Positions 44,846-55,471 of a DNA stretch of 64,000 nucleotides are shown one piece after another. The notes below the pieces were generated by a model. It was not told the origin of the DNA and did no database searches. It was given only the letters and a program-made list of their open reading frames with translations. Position 1 is the first letter of the stretch, and each line of letters opens with the position of its first letter. Source of the DNA: Kofleriaceae bacterium (GTDB taxonomy: Bacteria; Myxococcota_A; Polyangia; Haliangiales; Haliangiaceae); contig DASTLB010000022.1 in assembly GCA_035715365.1 (NCBI GenBank), positions 336,242 to 400,241 on the forward strand, written 5' to 3'. Position numbers and translations under genes: made by a program.

Positions 44846-45118
44846 TCAGGCAGCGGCGGCGGCGGCGGCCGGGTAGACCGCGACGCGCGTGCGCGACTTG
44901 CCGTGACGCTCGAACTTGACGACGCCGTCGACCTTCGCGAACAGCGTCCAGTCGCGGCCGATGCCGACGTTCTCGCCCGCGTGGTACTTCGTGCCGACCT
45001 GGCGAACGAGGATCGAGCCCGCGGTGACCTGCTCGCCGGCGAACCGCTTCACGCCGCGCATCTTGGGCGCCGAGTCGCGCCCGTTCCGAGTGGAGCCTTG
45101 TCCTTTTTTGTGTGCCAT
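44846..45118 (-). CDS. rpmA: 50S ribosomal protein L27 (with a short poly-Ala C-terminal tail)
   Basis: [16 protein letters not shown]...GSILVRQRGTKYHAG signature. Confidence 0.95.
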   Translation of the reverse strand: MAHKKGQGSTRNGRDSAPKMRGVKRFAGEQVTAGSILVRQVGTKYHAGENVGIGRDWTLFAKVDGVVKFERHGKSRTRVAVYPAAAAAAA

Positions 45119-45131
45119 GACGCGTGTGCCT

Positions 45132-45449
45132 CTAGCTCTGGATGTCCGCGATCTTCACCGCGGTGTAGTCCTGACGATGCCCGTTGCGACGGACGTAGTT
45201 CTTGCGGCGGCGGAACTTGAACACGACGAGCTTGTCGCCGCGGCCCTGCTCGACGATCTGACCGGTGACCTTCGCGCCGGCGACCATCGGCTTGCCGACG
45301 TTGACGTTGCCGCCGTCTCCCGTCGACACGAGCAGCACCTGGTCGAACACGACCTGGGCGCCCTCGTCGCCGGCGAGCTTCTCGACCACGACAGTCTTGC
45401 CGGGCTCGACTCGATACTGCTTTCCACCCGTCTGGATCACCGCGTACAT
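45132..45449 (-). CDS. rplU: 50S ribosomal protein L21
   Basis: [17 protein letters not shown]...VKIADI signature. Confidence 0.95.
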   Translation of the reverse strand: MYAVIQTGGKQYRVEPGKTVVVEKLAGDEGAQVVFDQVLLVSTGDGGNVNVGKPMVAGAKVTGQIVEQGRGDKLVVFKFRRRKNYVRRNGHRQDYTAVKIADIQS

Positions 45450-45482
45450 GACATTGCTCCGAAAACGCTTTTGGGAACGCGC

Positions 45483-45511
45483 ACTTTACTTATCGGCGCT
45501 CCGCCGTCAAG
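45483..45511 (-). promoter_or_regulatory. Sigma70-type promoter of rplU-rpmA: -35 CTTGAC (45511-45506), 17-nt spacer, -10 TAAAGT (45488-45483)
   Basis: Read on the minus strand about 35-60 nt upstream of the rplU ATG, in an AT-richer intergenic stretch. Confidence 0.45.
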
Positions 45512-45561
45512 CGCGACGCGCGACCCTGGCATGGATCGCCCGAAGATCAAGCGCTTAGCGC

Positions 45562-47019
45562 CTACCGGCCGAGACGTTTTCGCAGCAGATCCGACGTCAT
45601 GATCGGGTTCGCCCGGCCTTGCGTCTGCTTCATGACCTGGCCGACGAAGAACCCGAACAGCCCGTCCTTGCCCGCGGCGTACGCCTCGGCCTGCTTGGGA
45701 TTCGCGCTGACGACGCGATCGATGATCTCCCACAGCTGCGGCTCGTCGGAGATCTGCTGCACGCCGCGGCGCTCGACGATGTCGCGCGGCGGCTCGCCGG
45801 TCTGGTAGCTCTCGGCGAAGATCTCCTTGCCGATCTTGCCGCTGATCGTGCCGTCCTCGACGAGCACGACGAGCGCGGCGATCGTCGCGGGCGGCATCGG
45901 TGACTGCGTGATGTCCTTGCCGTCGGCGTTGAGCGCGCCGAGCAGCTCGGTCAGCATCCAGTTCGCGATCGTGCGGCCGCCGCGCTCGCTCGGGTGCGCC
46001 TCGCACGCTGCGTCGAAGTACTCGGCCATCGCGCGCTCGGAGACGAGCGTGCGCGCGTCGTCGGGCGATACGCCGTGCACGCGCTGATAGCGCTCGAACC
46101 GCGCGACCGGCAGCTCGGGCATGCCGCGCAGCGTGCTCGCCATCAGCTCGCCGTCGACGACGAGCGGCGGCAGATCGGGATCGGGAAAGTAGCGATAGTC
46201 GTTCGCCTCTTCCTTCGAGCGCAGCGGCGCGCTCTGTCCGATCGTCGCGTCCCACAGGCGGGTCTCGCGCTCGATCCGCCCGCCACCGTCGACGATCCGC
46301 AGCTGCCGCACGATCTCGTGATCGACCGCGTTCTGGACGAACCGGAACGAGTTGATGTTCTTCAGCTCGGTGCGCGTGCCGAGTCGATCCTCACCGCGCA
46401 TCCGCACGCTGACGTTCGCGTCGCAGCGCAGCTGGCCCTTTTCCATGTCGGCCTCGGAGATGTCGAGCCAGCGCACGAGCCGGTGCAGCGAGCGCATGAA
46501 CTCTGCCGCTTCTTCGGCCGACGTCAGCTCGGGCGCCGACACGACCTCGACGAGCGGCACGCCCGCGCGGTTGAGATCGACGTGCGACAGCGTGCCGACG
46601 TGCGTGTTCTTGCCCGCGTCTTCCTCGAGGTGGATCCGCGTCAGCTTCACGCGCTTGACCGCGCCTGCGATGATCAGATCGAGGTGGCCGTGCTCGCACA
46701 GCGGCTCGTCGTACTGCGAGATCTGATAGCCCTTCGGCAGATCGGGATAGAAGTAGTGCTTGCGCGCGAACCGCGAGCGCGCGCGGATCTGCGATTCGGT
46801 CGCGACACCGAGCCGGAGCGCGAGCTCGAGCGCGGCGCGATTGAACACCGGCAGCGCGCCGGGCAGGCCGAGCACGATCGGATCGGTCAGCGAGTTCGGT
46901 GGCTCGCCGAACCGGGTCGCGCTCGGCGAGAACGCCTTGCTCTTCGTCGCGAGCTGGACGTGGACCTCGAGGCCGATCACCGGCTCCCAGTCCGCGAGCA
47001 TCTCGGGGACCGATCTCAT
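45562..47019 (-). CDS. gatB: Asp-tRNA(Asn)/Glu-tRNA(Gln) amidotransferase subunit B
   Basis: [13 protein letters not shown]..., GatB/YqeY C-terminal domain. ATG 47019 overlaps the gatA stop (ATGA). The track ORF 45562-48045 is a read-through artefact. Confidence 0.95.
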   Translation of the reverse strand: MRSVPEMLADWEPVIGLEVHVQLATKSKAFSPSATRFGEPPNSLTDPIVLGLPGALPVFNRAALELALRLGVATESQIRARSRFARKHYFYPDLPKGYQISQYDEPLCEHGHLDLIIAGAVKRVKLTRIHLEEDAGKNTHVGTLSHVDLNRAGVPLVEVVSAPELTSAEEAAEFMRSLHRLVRWLDISEADMEKGQLRCDANVSVRMRGEDRLGTRTELKNINSFRFVQNAVDHEIVRQLRIVDGGGRIERETRLWDATIGQSAPLRSKEEANDYRYFPDPDLPPLVVDGELMASTLRGMPELPVARFERYQRVHGVSPDDARTLVSERAMAEYFDAACEAHPSERGGRTIANWMLTELLGALNADGKDITQSPMPPATIAALVVLVEDGTISGKIGKEIFAESYQTGEPPRDIVERRGVQQISDEPQLWEIIDRVVSANPKQAEAYAAGKDGLFGFFVGQVMKQTQGRANPIMTSDLLRKRLGR

Positions 47020-48473
47020 GCGATCCCTCGTGGCCGGCGGTCGACGACGTCCGCGGTCTGCTCGATCACGCGGCCGACGCGGAGCAGCGTCGCCTCGTCG
47101 AGCGGCTTGCCGAGCAGCTGCGCGCCGATCGGCAGCCCTTCGCGCGACAGCGCGCACGGCACGCTGATCCCCGGCAGCCCGGCGAGGCTGCACGCGAGCG
47201 TGAACACGTCGGCGAGGTACATGTCGAGCGGCGTCGTCTTCGCGCCGAACGCGAACGCGACGGTCGGGGTCGTCGGCGTGAGCAGGACATCGACCGCCTG
47301 GAACGCGGCGTCGAAGTCGTGCTTGATCAGCGACCGTACCTGCTGCGCCTTCTTGTAGTACGCGTCGTAGTAGCCGGAGCGCAGCGCGTAGGTGCCGAGC
47401 ATGATCCGGCGCTTGACCTCGGGGCCAAAGCCCGCGCCGCGTGTGCGCCGGTACAGCTCGAGCAGGTTGTCGGTGTCGACGCGCTTGCCGTAGCGCACGC
47501 CGTCGTAGCGCGCGAGGTTCGACGACGCCTCGGCCGGCGCGACGACGTAGTACGCGGGCAGCGCGAGGCTCGTGTGTGGCAGCGACACCTCGGACACGAT
47601 CGCGCCCTGGTCGCGCAGCGCGCTGACCGTGCGCTCGAGTGCGGCGCGGACGTCGGCGTCGAGCGTGCCCGCGTAGTACTCGCGCGGCAGGCCGATCTTG
47701 AGCCCCGCGACGCCGGCATCGAGCGTGCGCGCGTAGTCGGGCACCGGGACGTCGAGCGACGTCGCGTCGCGCGGATCGTGGCCGGCGATCGCCTGCAGCA
47801 TCGCCGCGGCATCGCCGACGGTGCGCGCGAGCGGACCGACCTGATCGAGCGACGACGCGAACGCGATCACGCCCCACCGCGACACCCGGCCGTACGTCGG
47901 CTTGAGCCCGACGACACCGGAGAACGCCGCGGGCTGGCGGATCGAGCCGCCGGTGTCGGTGCCGAGGCTCGCGGTGCACAGCCCGGCCGCGACCGCGGCG
48001 GCGCTGCCGCCCGAGCTGCCGCCGGGCACGCGCGAGGTGTCCCACGGGTTCTTCGTCTTCCGGACGCTCGAGGCTTCGGTCGAGCTGCCCATGCCGAACT
48101 CGTCGAGGTTCGTCTTGCCGATCACGATCGCGCCGGCCGCGCGCAGCTTCTCGACGACGGTCGCGTCGTACGGCGGGATCCAGCCCGCGAGGATCTGCGA
48201 GGCCGCGGTCGTCGCGATCCCGCGCGTCACGAGGTTGTCCTTGAGCGCGACCGGGACGCCGGCGAGCGGCCCCAGCGGCTCGCCCGCCGCGCGCTTGCGA
48301 TCGAGCTGCGCGGCCGCGTCACGCGCGCCGGCCTCGTCGAGCGCGAGGTACGCGCCGAGCTCGCCATCGATGCTCGCGATCCGCGCGAACATCGCGTCGA
48401 CGATCCGGACCGCGGTCGTCTCACCGGCGGCGATCCGGCGCGCGATGTCGGCGGCCGTCCAGTACTCGGTCAT
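47016..48473 (-). CDS. gatA: Asp-tRNA(Asn)/Glu-tRNA(Gln) amidotransferase subunit A (amidase signature family)
   Basis: Amidase signature [32 protein letters not shown]. Confidence 0.95.
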   Translation of the reverse strand: MTEYWTAADIARRIAAGETTAVRIVDAMFARIASIDGELGAYLALDEAGARDAAAQLDRKRAAGEPLGPLAGVPVALKDNLVTRGIATTAASQILAGWIPPYDATVVEKLRAAGAIVIGKTNLDEFGMGSSTEASSVRKTKNPWDTSRVPGGSSGGSAAAVAAGLCTASLGTDTGGSIRQPAAFSGVVGLKPTYGRVSRWGVIAFASSLDQVGPLARTVGDAAAMLQAIAGHDPRDATSLDVPVPDYARTLDAGVAGLKIGLPREYYAGTLDADVRAALERTVSALRDQGAIVSEVSLPHTSLALPAYYVVAPAEASSNLARYDGVRYGKRVDTDNLLELYRRTRGAGFGPEVKRRIMLGTYALRSGYYDAYYKKAQQVRSLIKHDFDAAFQAVDVLLTPTTPTVAFAFGAKTTPLDMYLADVFTLACSLAGLPGISVPCALSREGLPIGAQLLGKPLDEATLLRVGRVIEQTADVVDRRPRGIA

Positions 48474-48769
48474 TCGCTGCCCGGAATGATCGCCGGCACG
48501 ACGATCAGATCGCCATCGCGCTTCGGTGCGCCGCGCAGCGCGTCCGCGACCGCCAGCGACGGCTCGGGCGTGTCCGACCGCAGCGCCATGTCCATCGGCA
48601 CGGCGTGCGTCATCGGCGCGACGGCCGTGGTGTCGACCGCCGCGAGCGCGCCGAAGCTCTCGAGGATCACGCCCAGCTCGGCGCGCATGCGCTCGAGCTC
48701 CTCGTCGTCGAGATGCAGCCGCGCGAGGAGCGCGATCTCCTCGACTTCCTGGCGCGTCAGCGTCGGCAT
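48470..48769 (-). CDS. gatC: Asp-tRNA(Asn)/Glu-tRNA(Gln) amidotransferase subunit C
   Basis: [39 protein letters not shown], 99 aa, ATGA-coupled to gatA. Confidence 0.85.
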   Translation of the reverse strand: MPTLTRQEVEEIALLARLHLDDEELERMRAELGVILESFGALAAVDTTAVAPMTHAVPMDMALRSDTPEPSLAVADALRGAPKRDGDLIVVPAIIPGSE

Positions 48770-48779
48770 CGCTCGGAGA

Positions 48780-49523
48780 TTATTCGAAGGCGGGCAACGG
48801 TTGCGGCTGGAGCTCGGGCTTTCCGCCCATCCGTCCGGCGAGCTCGGCGCCCATGCGCAGGTAGTCGTCGGCGACGCGACCCGCGGTCGCGGCATCGCCC
48901 TTCTCGAGCGCCGCGATCAGCTCGCGGTGGTGCTTGCGGACCGAGTCGCCGGGCGCCGCGAGGTTCGCGAGCAGCGGCATGAACCCGCGCACGCCGTCGC
49001 GCACGGTGTTGATCAACAGCAGCATGACCTGGTTGCCGGACAGCTGCGCGACCGCGACGTAGAAGTCGAAGTCGAGCTCGAACAGCTCGAGCGCGCCGGT
49101 CACCTGATCCGCGCGATCGGCGAGCGCGCGCAGCTTCGCGAGCCCGTCCTTGTCGGTGTTGCTGCGTGCCGCGGCCAGCCGCGCGAGCTCGCGCCCGAAG
49201 ATCCGCCGGAACTCGAGCAGGTCGCGGATCAGCTCGGGCTTGCCGCCGCCGAGCGGGAGCAGGTGCTGCACGAGCTCGATGCCGCCGGTCTCCATGAAGT
49301 TCTGGACCCGCGTGCCATCGCCCTGGCGGATGCGCACCAGCCCGAGGTGCTCGAGCTTCTTCAGCGCTTCTCGCAGCGACGCGCGATTGACGCGCAACCG
49401 CTTCGACAGCTCGCGCTCGGGTGGGAGCTTGGAGCCAGGTGGGTACTGTCCGCCGAGGATGAGTGATCGCAGTTGCTCGGCGATCTCCTCGGCGACGCGT
49501 TGCTTCTCGACCGGCTTGAGCAT
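48780..49523 (-). CDS. GntR-family transcriptional regulator (FadR-type FCD effector domain)
   Basis: Winged HTH PGSKLPPERELSKRLRVNRASLREALKKLEHLGLV plus a C-terminal all-helical FCD-like domain. True start MLKPVEKQ (ATG 49523). Confidence 0.8.
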   Translation of the reverse strand: MLKPVEKQRVAEEIAEQLRSLILGGQYPPGSKLPPERELSKRLRVNRASLREALKKLEHLGLVRIRQGDGTRVQNFMETGGIELVQHLLPLGGGKPELIRDLLEFRRIFGRELARLAAARSNTDKDGLAKLRALADRADQVTGALELFELDFDFYVAVAQLSGNQVMLLLINTVRDGVRGFMPLLANLAAPGDSVRKHHRELIAALEKGDAATAGRVADDYLRMGAELAGRMGGKPELQPQPLPAFE

Positions 49524-49535
49524 CCGCTTGCGTGA

Positions 49536-49595
49536 GGTTAACCCACCGCGGCGATTCCTAGAAGCCTTGAGGGCGCAATCACCTGCATGGTAACC
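49536..49595. promoter_or_regulatory. Two GntR-type GGT-n-ACC palindromes (GGTTAACC 49536-49543; GGTAACC 49589-49595) in the divergent gntR / small-ORF intergenic region
   Basis: Perfect palindromes matching the GT-Nx-AC core of FadR-subfamily GntR operators. The second overlaps the RBS/start region of the 49603 ORF. Confidence 0.45.
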
Positions 49596-49602
49596 GAGAG
49601 GC

Positions 49603-49899
49603 ATGTCGAGCACGGCCGCGCTGAGCGAAGCCTCGCCATCGCGCGTGCTGGTGGTCGCGGGCGACGACGGCCAGGCCCACGACGTGTTCGATCTGCTCGG
49701 GATCTCCGACGGCGTGGCCCGGGTCCGCTCGCCGTTTCTGTTCGAGGTCGGCGAGGAGCTGCCGGTCCGGATCGAGCAGGACGGGGCGGTCTCCGAGGCG
49801 GTCGCACGGGTCCGCGCCCACGTCGGGCCCGACGATGCCAGGATCACCGAGCTCGAGCTGTGCGATCGCACCGAGCCCCGCCGGCCGGCGAAGCCCTGA
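49603..49899 (+). CDS. Hypothetical protein (98 aa), divergent from gntR
   Basis: ORF with a GAGAGG just upstream. Coupled (TGATG) to the following ORF. No motif. Confidence 0.4.
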   Translation: MSSTAALSEASPSRVLVVAGDDGQAHDVFDLLGISDGVARVRSPFLFEVGEELPVRIEQDGAVSEAVARVRAHVGPDDARITELELCDRTEPRRPAKP

Positions 49900-50174
49900 T
49901 GCTGGTCGCCGACCTCGACGACGTCACCTACGACCTCGAGGTCGATGGCGAGCAGGTGCGCCGCCAGCTCCAGCGCAAGGTGTGGGAGCGCCACGGCTGG
50001 GCGACGGTCGCGATCCTGTTCGAGGAGCGCGACCGCGATGGCACGTCGTGGAAGCCACCGAAGCTCGCGCTGATCCGGCTGCAGCACGTCCGCGAGGCGT
50101 GGAAGAAGCACGCCGCGATCACGCTGTCGATCGACGAGGCGCGCGAGCTCGGCGCGTGGATCGCGGCCGAGTAG
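49899..50174 (+). CDS. Hypothetical protein (91 aa)
   Basis: MLVADLDDVTYDLEVDGEQVRRQLQRKVWERHGWATVAILFEERDRDGTSWKPPKLALIRLQ... Balanced charged composition, unlike R-rich artefact ORFs. Confidence 0.4.
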   Translation: MLVADLDDVTYDLEVDGEQVRRQLQRKVWERHGWATVAILFEERDRDGTSWKPPKLALIRLQHVREAWKKHAAITLSIDEARELGAWIAAE

Positions 50175-52124
50175 CTAGCGCCGGAGGCGGGATTCGAGCA
50201 GGCGCGCCTCGGTCGCGGCCTCGACGTGCTGCGGCTCGAGGCGCAGCACCTCCTTGAACAGCCGGAGCGCATCGGCATCGCGGCCGAGCATGCGCTCGAC
50301 CCGGCCGAGCAGGAACCGCGGGGTCACGGCGCGCACCGACCGGTTCATCGCCTTCGTCAGCGCGCCGCGGGTCGCGGTCGCGACCAGGGACTTGTCGGGC
50401 GCGGCGCAGAACTGCGACCAGGCGTGGAGCGCGTGGTAGTCGGGCTCCTCGGGGTTGAGCTCGACCGCGCGTGCGAACTCGGCGATCGCGGCCGGGAGAT
50501 CGTTGCGCCGCATCGCCTGCTCGCCGCGCAGGTAGGCGTCCTCGGCCTCGACGATCTTCTGGGCGAGCTGCTCGGCCTTCTGCTGCTCGGCGCGCACCGC
50601 GGCCTCACCGCCGCGCTTGAGGATGTCGGTGTAGTGCTCGCGGCGCTTCGCATCGGACAGCACGGCGAACGCGGTGTTGACCTGCGCGAACAGTCGCTGC
50701 GCGTCGCGGTTGTCGTCGGCGATGCTCAGCGCGGCGAGCCGATCCGGGTGGAGCTGGCGGGCGAGCGCGAAGTACGCCTTGCGGATGTCCTCGGGCTTGG
50801 CGTCCTGGGCCACGCCGAGCATCGCGTAGTGATCGGCGCCGGTCTTGAGCAGCTGCATGCGCTGGGCGATCAGCGCGCGGACGTCGGCGGCCTGCGCGGA
50901 CTCGGTCTTCTTGCGCTGCGGGATCGGCGTCGAGCTGCCGTGCCGACCACGCGCGAGCGGCGGTGGCTCGCTCGGCGCGCGGTCGCGGATCGCGGGAGGC
51001 TCGAGACGCTTGCCGTCACCGCGTGGCAGGGACTGGGTGCCCGGGGTGCCGAGCGGCGGCAGCTGGCCACTGCTGCGGCGATCCATGCGCGCGTGGCTGT
51101 GCGACTCCGCCGACGACGATGCGGGCACGCGCGCGACCGGCGTGTCGATCGTGGGCCGGACGAGCGGCTGCATGTCCGACGACGACCGCCGCGTCAGCAC
51201 GGGCACCTCGGTGCTCGCCTGGCGGACGACCGGATCGGCGGTGCGGCGAGGAACGCGCGAGGGCGCGTCGGCGGCGGGCGCGCCGGCGTCGTCGCTCGGG
51301 TCGATCAGATCCCGCGTCGCGCGGCGCGGCGGCACCGGCAAGCCCTTGCGATGGAGCGACGCGGCCTTCGCGACCTCGGTCGGCACGCTGGCCGGCGGCA
51401 CCGCGAGCGGCCGTCCCGGGACCTCGACCTCGCACGCGTTGCACGACACGAGCGCGTACACCGTCGAGCGCACGAGGCGCTGCTCGCCGCACTTCTCGAG
51501 CTCGCCGAGCGTCGCGCCCTGCAGCAGACGATCGATCACCGGCCGCTCCTGATCGCCGAAGCCGTACTGCGGCAGGTCCTCGAACGCCTCCGGCCGCAGC
51601 CGGAACCAGATGCCGAACTTGCCGAGATCGGAGGCGAGCCGCGCCTCGGACAGGTACTGGCGCGCGCCGAGATAGATCACCGCGCGGATGTCGAGCTCGC
51701 TGCCGGCGATGCACGGCACGGTGATCTCCTCGTCGATCACGAACTCGCCGCGATCGATCGAGAACGTGCGCGCGGCCCGCTGCGCGACGCACCGCCGGCG
51801 CAGCCGGATCGCCTGCTCCGGGGTCAGCCGCACGAGCTCGGCGATCACGTCGATCTCGTCGCGCTCCGGTGCCGCCGCCATCCGCCGCGCGACGTCCGCG
51901 GCGTGCGTCGACGACACGAGGCCGCCGGTCAGAGCGATTCGTACGGCGGCATCGGCCGCGAGCGGCGAGTGGGCACCGACGATCGCGCCGTACGAGAACC
52001 CGATGTGATAGCGCTTACCGTCGGACGCGAGGGTCAGCTGGCCGGTGACGCCGCGCAGGCCCAGCGTGCCGACGGTCCGCCCCCAGGGCCGATCTGCGAT
52101 CGTGCCGCGTGCGAGCTCGGCCAC
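50175..52124 (-). CDS. Multidomain J-domain protein: N-terminal DUF (about 230 aa, myxobacterial-type), Pro/Ser/Arg-rich linker, DnaJ J-domain, C-terminal TPR
   Basis: J-domain DHYAMLGVAQDAKPEDIRKAYFALARQLHPDR (HPD motif). C-terminal TPR-like LRGEQAMRRNDLPAAIAEFARAVELNPEEPDYHALHAW. Confidence 0.75.
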   Translation of the reverse strand: MAELARGTIADRPWGRTVGTLGLRGVTGQLTLASDGKRYHIGFSYGAIVGAHSPLAADAAVRIALTGGLVSSTHAADVARRMAAAPERDEIDVIAELVRLTPEQAIRLRRRCVAQRAARTFSIDRGEFVIDEEITVPCIAGSELDIRAVIYLGARQYLSEARLASDLGKFGIWFRLRPEAFEDLPQYGFGDQERPVIDRLLQGATLGELEKCGEQRLVRSTVYALVSCNACEVEVPGRPLAVPPASVPTEVAKAASLHRKGLPVPPRRATRDLIDPSDDAGAPAADAPSRVPRRTADPVVRQASTEVPVLTRRSSSDMQPLVRPTIDTPVARVPASSSAESHSHARMDRRSSGQLPPLGTPGTQSLPRGDGKRLEPPAIRDRAPSEPPPLARGRHGSSTPIPQRKKTESAQAADVRALIAQRMQLLKTGADHYAMLGVAQDAKPEDIRKAYFALARQLHPDRLAALSIADDNRDAQRLFAQVNTAFAVLSDAKRREHYTDILKRGGEAAVRAEQQKAEQLAQKIVEAEDAYLRGEQAMRRNDLPAAIAEFARAVELNPEEPDYHALHAWSQFCAAPDKSLVATATRGALTKAMNRSVRAVTPRFLLGRVERMLGRDADALRLFKEVLRLEPQHVEAATEARLLESRLRR

Positions 52125-52331
52125 GTCATCGCCCCCGTCGCCACAGCCGACGGGCCACGTAGGTCACGGCGGCGAGCACAATCACGACGACGACGATCAG
52201 TACGCCCGTCCGATTGCCCTCGGCGTATCCCCACATTGACTACAGAATGGAAGGATCGGAGACCCGAGTCAATCGGCGCGGGTCCGTGACTGGCTCGCGC
52301 TCGTGATGGTGGGCTACAATTTGCACGAATC

Positions 52332-53119
<788 letters not shown>

Positions 53120-53123
<4 letters not shown>

Positions 53124-53473
53124 AGGCGCTCGTCGTCGTGCTCGCGCTCGTCGCCGGCTGCAGCAAGCAGGAAGACGCGCCGAAGAAGCAGACCAAGCCG
53201 CCGGCGATCCCGGCCGTCGAGCTCCAGCGCGGCACCGACGCGTGCAACGACTACGTCAAGCGCGCGTGCGCGTGCGCCGAGACCGTGCCGGCCGCGAAGG
53301 AGGCATGCGCGCTCGGCAAGGCGCTGCCCGAGGCGATCGACATCGCGAAGCGGCTCGCCACGAATCCCGACGCCGACGACGAGGATTCGCACCAGGCCGC
53401 GGACAGCATCCGCAAGACCGTCAAGAACTGCATCGAGCAGACGGCGAAGCTACCGGCGCTCGGCTGTCCCTGA
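53120..53473 (+). CDS. Small Cys-rich lipoprotein, ATGA-coupled to the PP2C phosphatase
   Basis: MKALVVVLALVAGC|SK lipobox plus 8 further Cys. The track ORF 52751-53473 has a junk N-terminus. Confidence 0.45.
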
Positions 53474-54869
53474 GCCGGTGTAGCGGCGGGCCCTCGGTCT
53501 CGGCGAGCAGCGCCCGGCTGATCTCCGGGCAGATCGGCGCGAGCGCCTCGGCCGCGGCACGGGCGAGCGCGATCGGGGTCGCGAGCGCGCGGGCCGCCGC
53601 GGCGCGATCGGTCCTCGCGAGCCGCCACGGCGCCGTCTGATCGAGCAGCCGGTTCGCGGTATCGGCGACGTCGACGATCGCGGCCGCCGCCTCGTCGATG
53701 CAGAACGCGTCGAGCGCGGCGTCGATCCGCCCCGGCAGCGCGACGGCCTCGGGCGGGGGCGCGACGTCGACGCGGCCGACGCTCGCCGCGAGCGTGCGCG
53801 TGCGATGCACGAGGTTGCCGAGCCGGTCGACGAGGTCGCCGTCGTGCGCGGCGACGATCGCGTCGCGCGTGACGTCGGAATCGGCGCGCGTCCGGCAGCG
53901 CCGCGCGAAGAACCAGCGCAGCGCATCGCGGCCGACGTCGGCGACGACCGGCTCGACCGCGAACCCGCGGCCGGACTTCGCGATCTTCTCGCCGTCGACG
54001 GTGAGGTAGCCGTGGACGAAGATCCGGTCCGGCAGTGGCAGGTTCGCCGCCAGCAGGAACGCCGGCCAGTACACCGCGTGAAACCGCGTGATGCCCTTGC
54101 CGATCACGTGCGTGACCTCGGCGTCGCGCCACCAGCGCTCGACGAGTGGCGCGTCGCCGCCGAGCGACAGTGCGGACAGATAGTTCGCGAGCGCGTCGAA
54201 CCACACGTAGATCACCTGCGACGGATCGCCCGGGACCGGGATGCCCCAGCCCGAGCCGGCGCGGGTGGCGTCGCGCGACACGCTGAGATCGCGGACCTCG
54301 CCGTCGAGAAACGCGAGCGTCTCGGCGCGCGCCGCGTCGGGGACGATCGTCAGCCGGCCGCTCGCGATCGCGTCGCGGATCGGCGCGCGGTAGCGCGACA
54401 GCCGGAAGAACCAGTTGTCCTCGACGACGCGCTCGGGCGCGGTGCCATGCTCGGCGCACGGCGCGGCGCTGTCGACGAACGCCTCGCAGCCGACGCAGTA
54501 GTGGCCCTCCCAGGCACGGCGGTAGAGATCGCCGGCGCACGCGCGCCACAGGTGCTCGACGGCGACGCGGTGCCGCGGATCGCGCGACGTCCGCACGAAG
54601 TCGTCGATCGACAGCCCGAGCAGGTCGCCGAGCTGCGCGAACGCCGCGGCGTTGCGCTCGACGAGCGCGGCGGTCGCGAGGCCCTCGCGGGCCGCGGCGC
54701 GCACGTTCTTGAGGCTGTGATCGTCGGTGCCGGCGACGAGCTTCACCGCATCGCCGCGGCGCCGGCGATGGCGCGCGAGGATGTCGGCGAGCACGAGCTC
54801 GTAGGCGAACCCGAGGTGTGGGGTGGCGTTGACGTAGGGAATGGCGGTGGTGATGAACGACGTCGTCAT
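53421..54869 (-). CDS. Class I aminoacyl-tRNA-synthetase, methionyl-tRNA-synthetase-like (short form) with non-canonical HLGF and KIAKS motifs
   Basis: AIPYVNATPHLGFAYELVLADILARHRR resembles the MetRS PYANGxxHLGH region. WFDALANY and a KMSKS-position GEKIAKSG are present. About 480 aa with no C-terminal dimerisation/tRNA-binding extension. Confidence 0.6.
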   Translation of the reverse strand: MTTSFITTAIPYVNATPHLGFAYELVLADILARHRRRRGDAVKLVAGTDDHSLKNVRAAAREGLATAALVERNAAAFAQLGDLLGLSIDDFVRTSRDPRHRVAVEHLWRACAGDLYRRAWEGHYCVGCEAFVDSAAPCAEHGTAPERVVEDNWFFRLSRYRAPIRDAIASGRLTIVPDAARAETLAFLDGEVRDLSVSRDATRAGSGWGIPVPGDPSQVIYVWFDALANYLSALSLGGDAPLVERWWRDAEVTHVIGKGITRFHAVYWPAFLLAANLPLPDRIFVHGYLTVDGEKIAKSGRGFAVEPVVADVGRDALRWFFARRCRTRADSDVTRDAIVAAHDGDLVDRLGNLVHRTRTLAASVGRVDVAPPPEAVALPGRIDAALDAFCIDEAAAAIVDVADTANRLLDQTAPWRLARTDRAAAARALATPIALARAAAEALAPICPEISRALLAETEGPPLHRLRDSRAPVASPSARCSS

Positions 54870-55107
54870 GGCAGTCCTCCTCGCCGGAGGCCGCCCTCGC
54901 GTCACACGCCGCGCGCTGCCACGAGGGCAGCCGTCGGCCGTTTGATCAGATCGCGCGCACGGATGCCCGACTCCCGAAGGAGCTATCGACAGGCATCGAC
55001 ATTCGCGTCGCGCGGTTCACGAGCTGACCATAGCCGATCGCGCGCGTCCGGCCGAGCGGTTCGTGCGCGCGCTGGCCAACTGCGCGGAGAAGCGGCAGGA
55101 TCGAGGC

Positions 55108-55470
55108 ATGCGGATGCTCGTGCTCGCCCTGCCCTTCGCGCTCGGTTGCAGCCGCGGTGCCCCCGACGTCGACTGCGCGAGCGTCGGCAACGGTGTCCGG
55201 AAGTTCTGGACCGAGAAGGCGCGGACCGCCGAGACGCCCGAGGATCGCGCCGAGGCCGAGGCGATGGGCAAGCGGTCGGCCGAGCGGCTCGAGCGCCACT
55301 GCAAGGCCGACGGCTGGTCGGCGGACTTCATCATCTGCGCGCGTGCCGCGGTGCAGCCCGAGGAAGCCGGCTGCATGAAGTACCTGAGCCGCGAGCAGTC
55401 CGGAAAGCTGATGATGGATCCGGTCGATCAGACGCCGCAGACGCCCGGCGGCCTCAACGTCGGCGGCTGA
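55108..55470 (+). CDS. Small Cys-containing lipoprotein (120 aa)
   Basis: MRMLVLALPFALGC|S lipobox. The track start 55063 is upstream. Confidence 0.45.
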   Translation: MRMLVLALPFALGCSRGAPDVDCASVGNGVRKFWTEKARTAETPEDRAEAEAMGKRSAERLERHCKADGWSADFIICARAAVQPEEAGCMKYLSREQSGKLMMDPVDQTPQTPGGLNVGG

Positions 55471-55471
55471 G

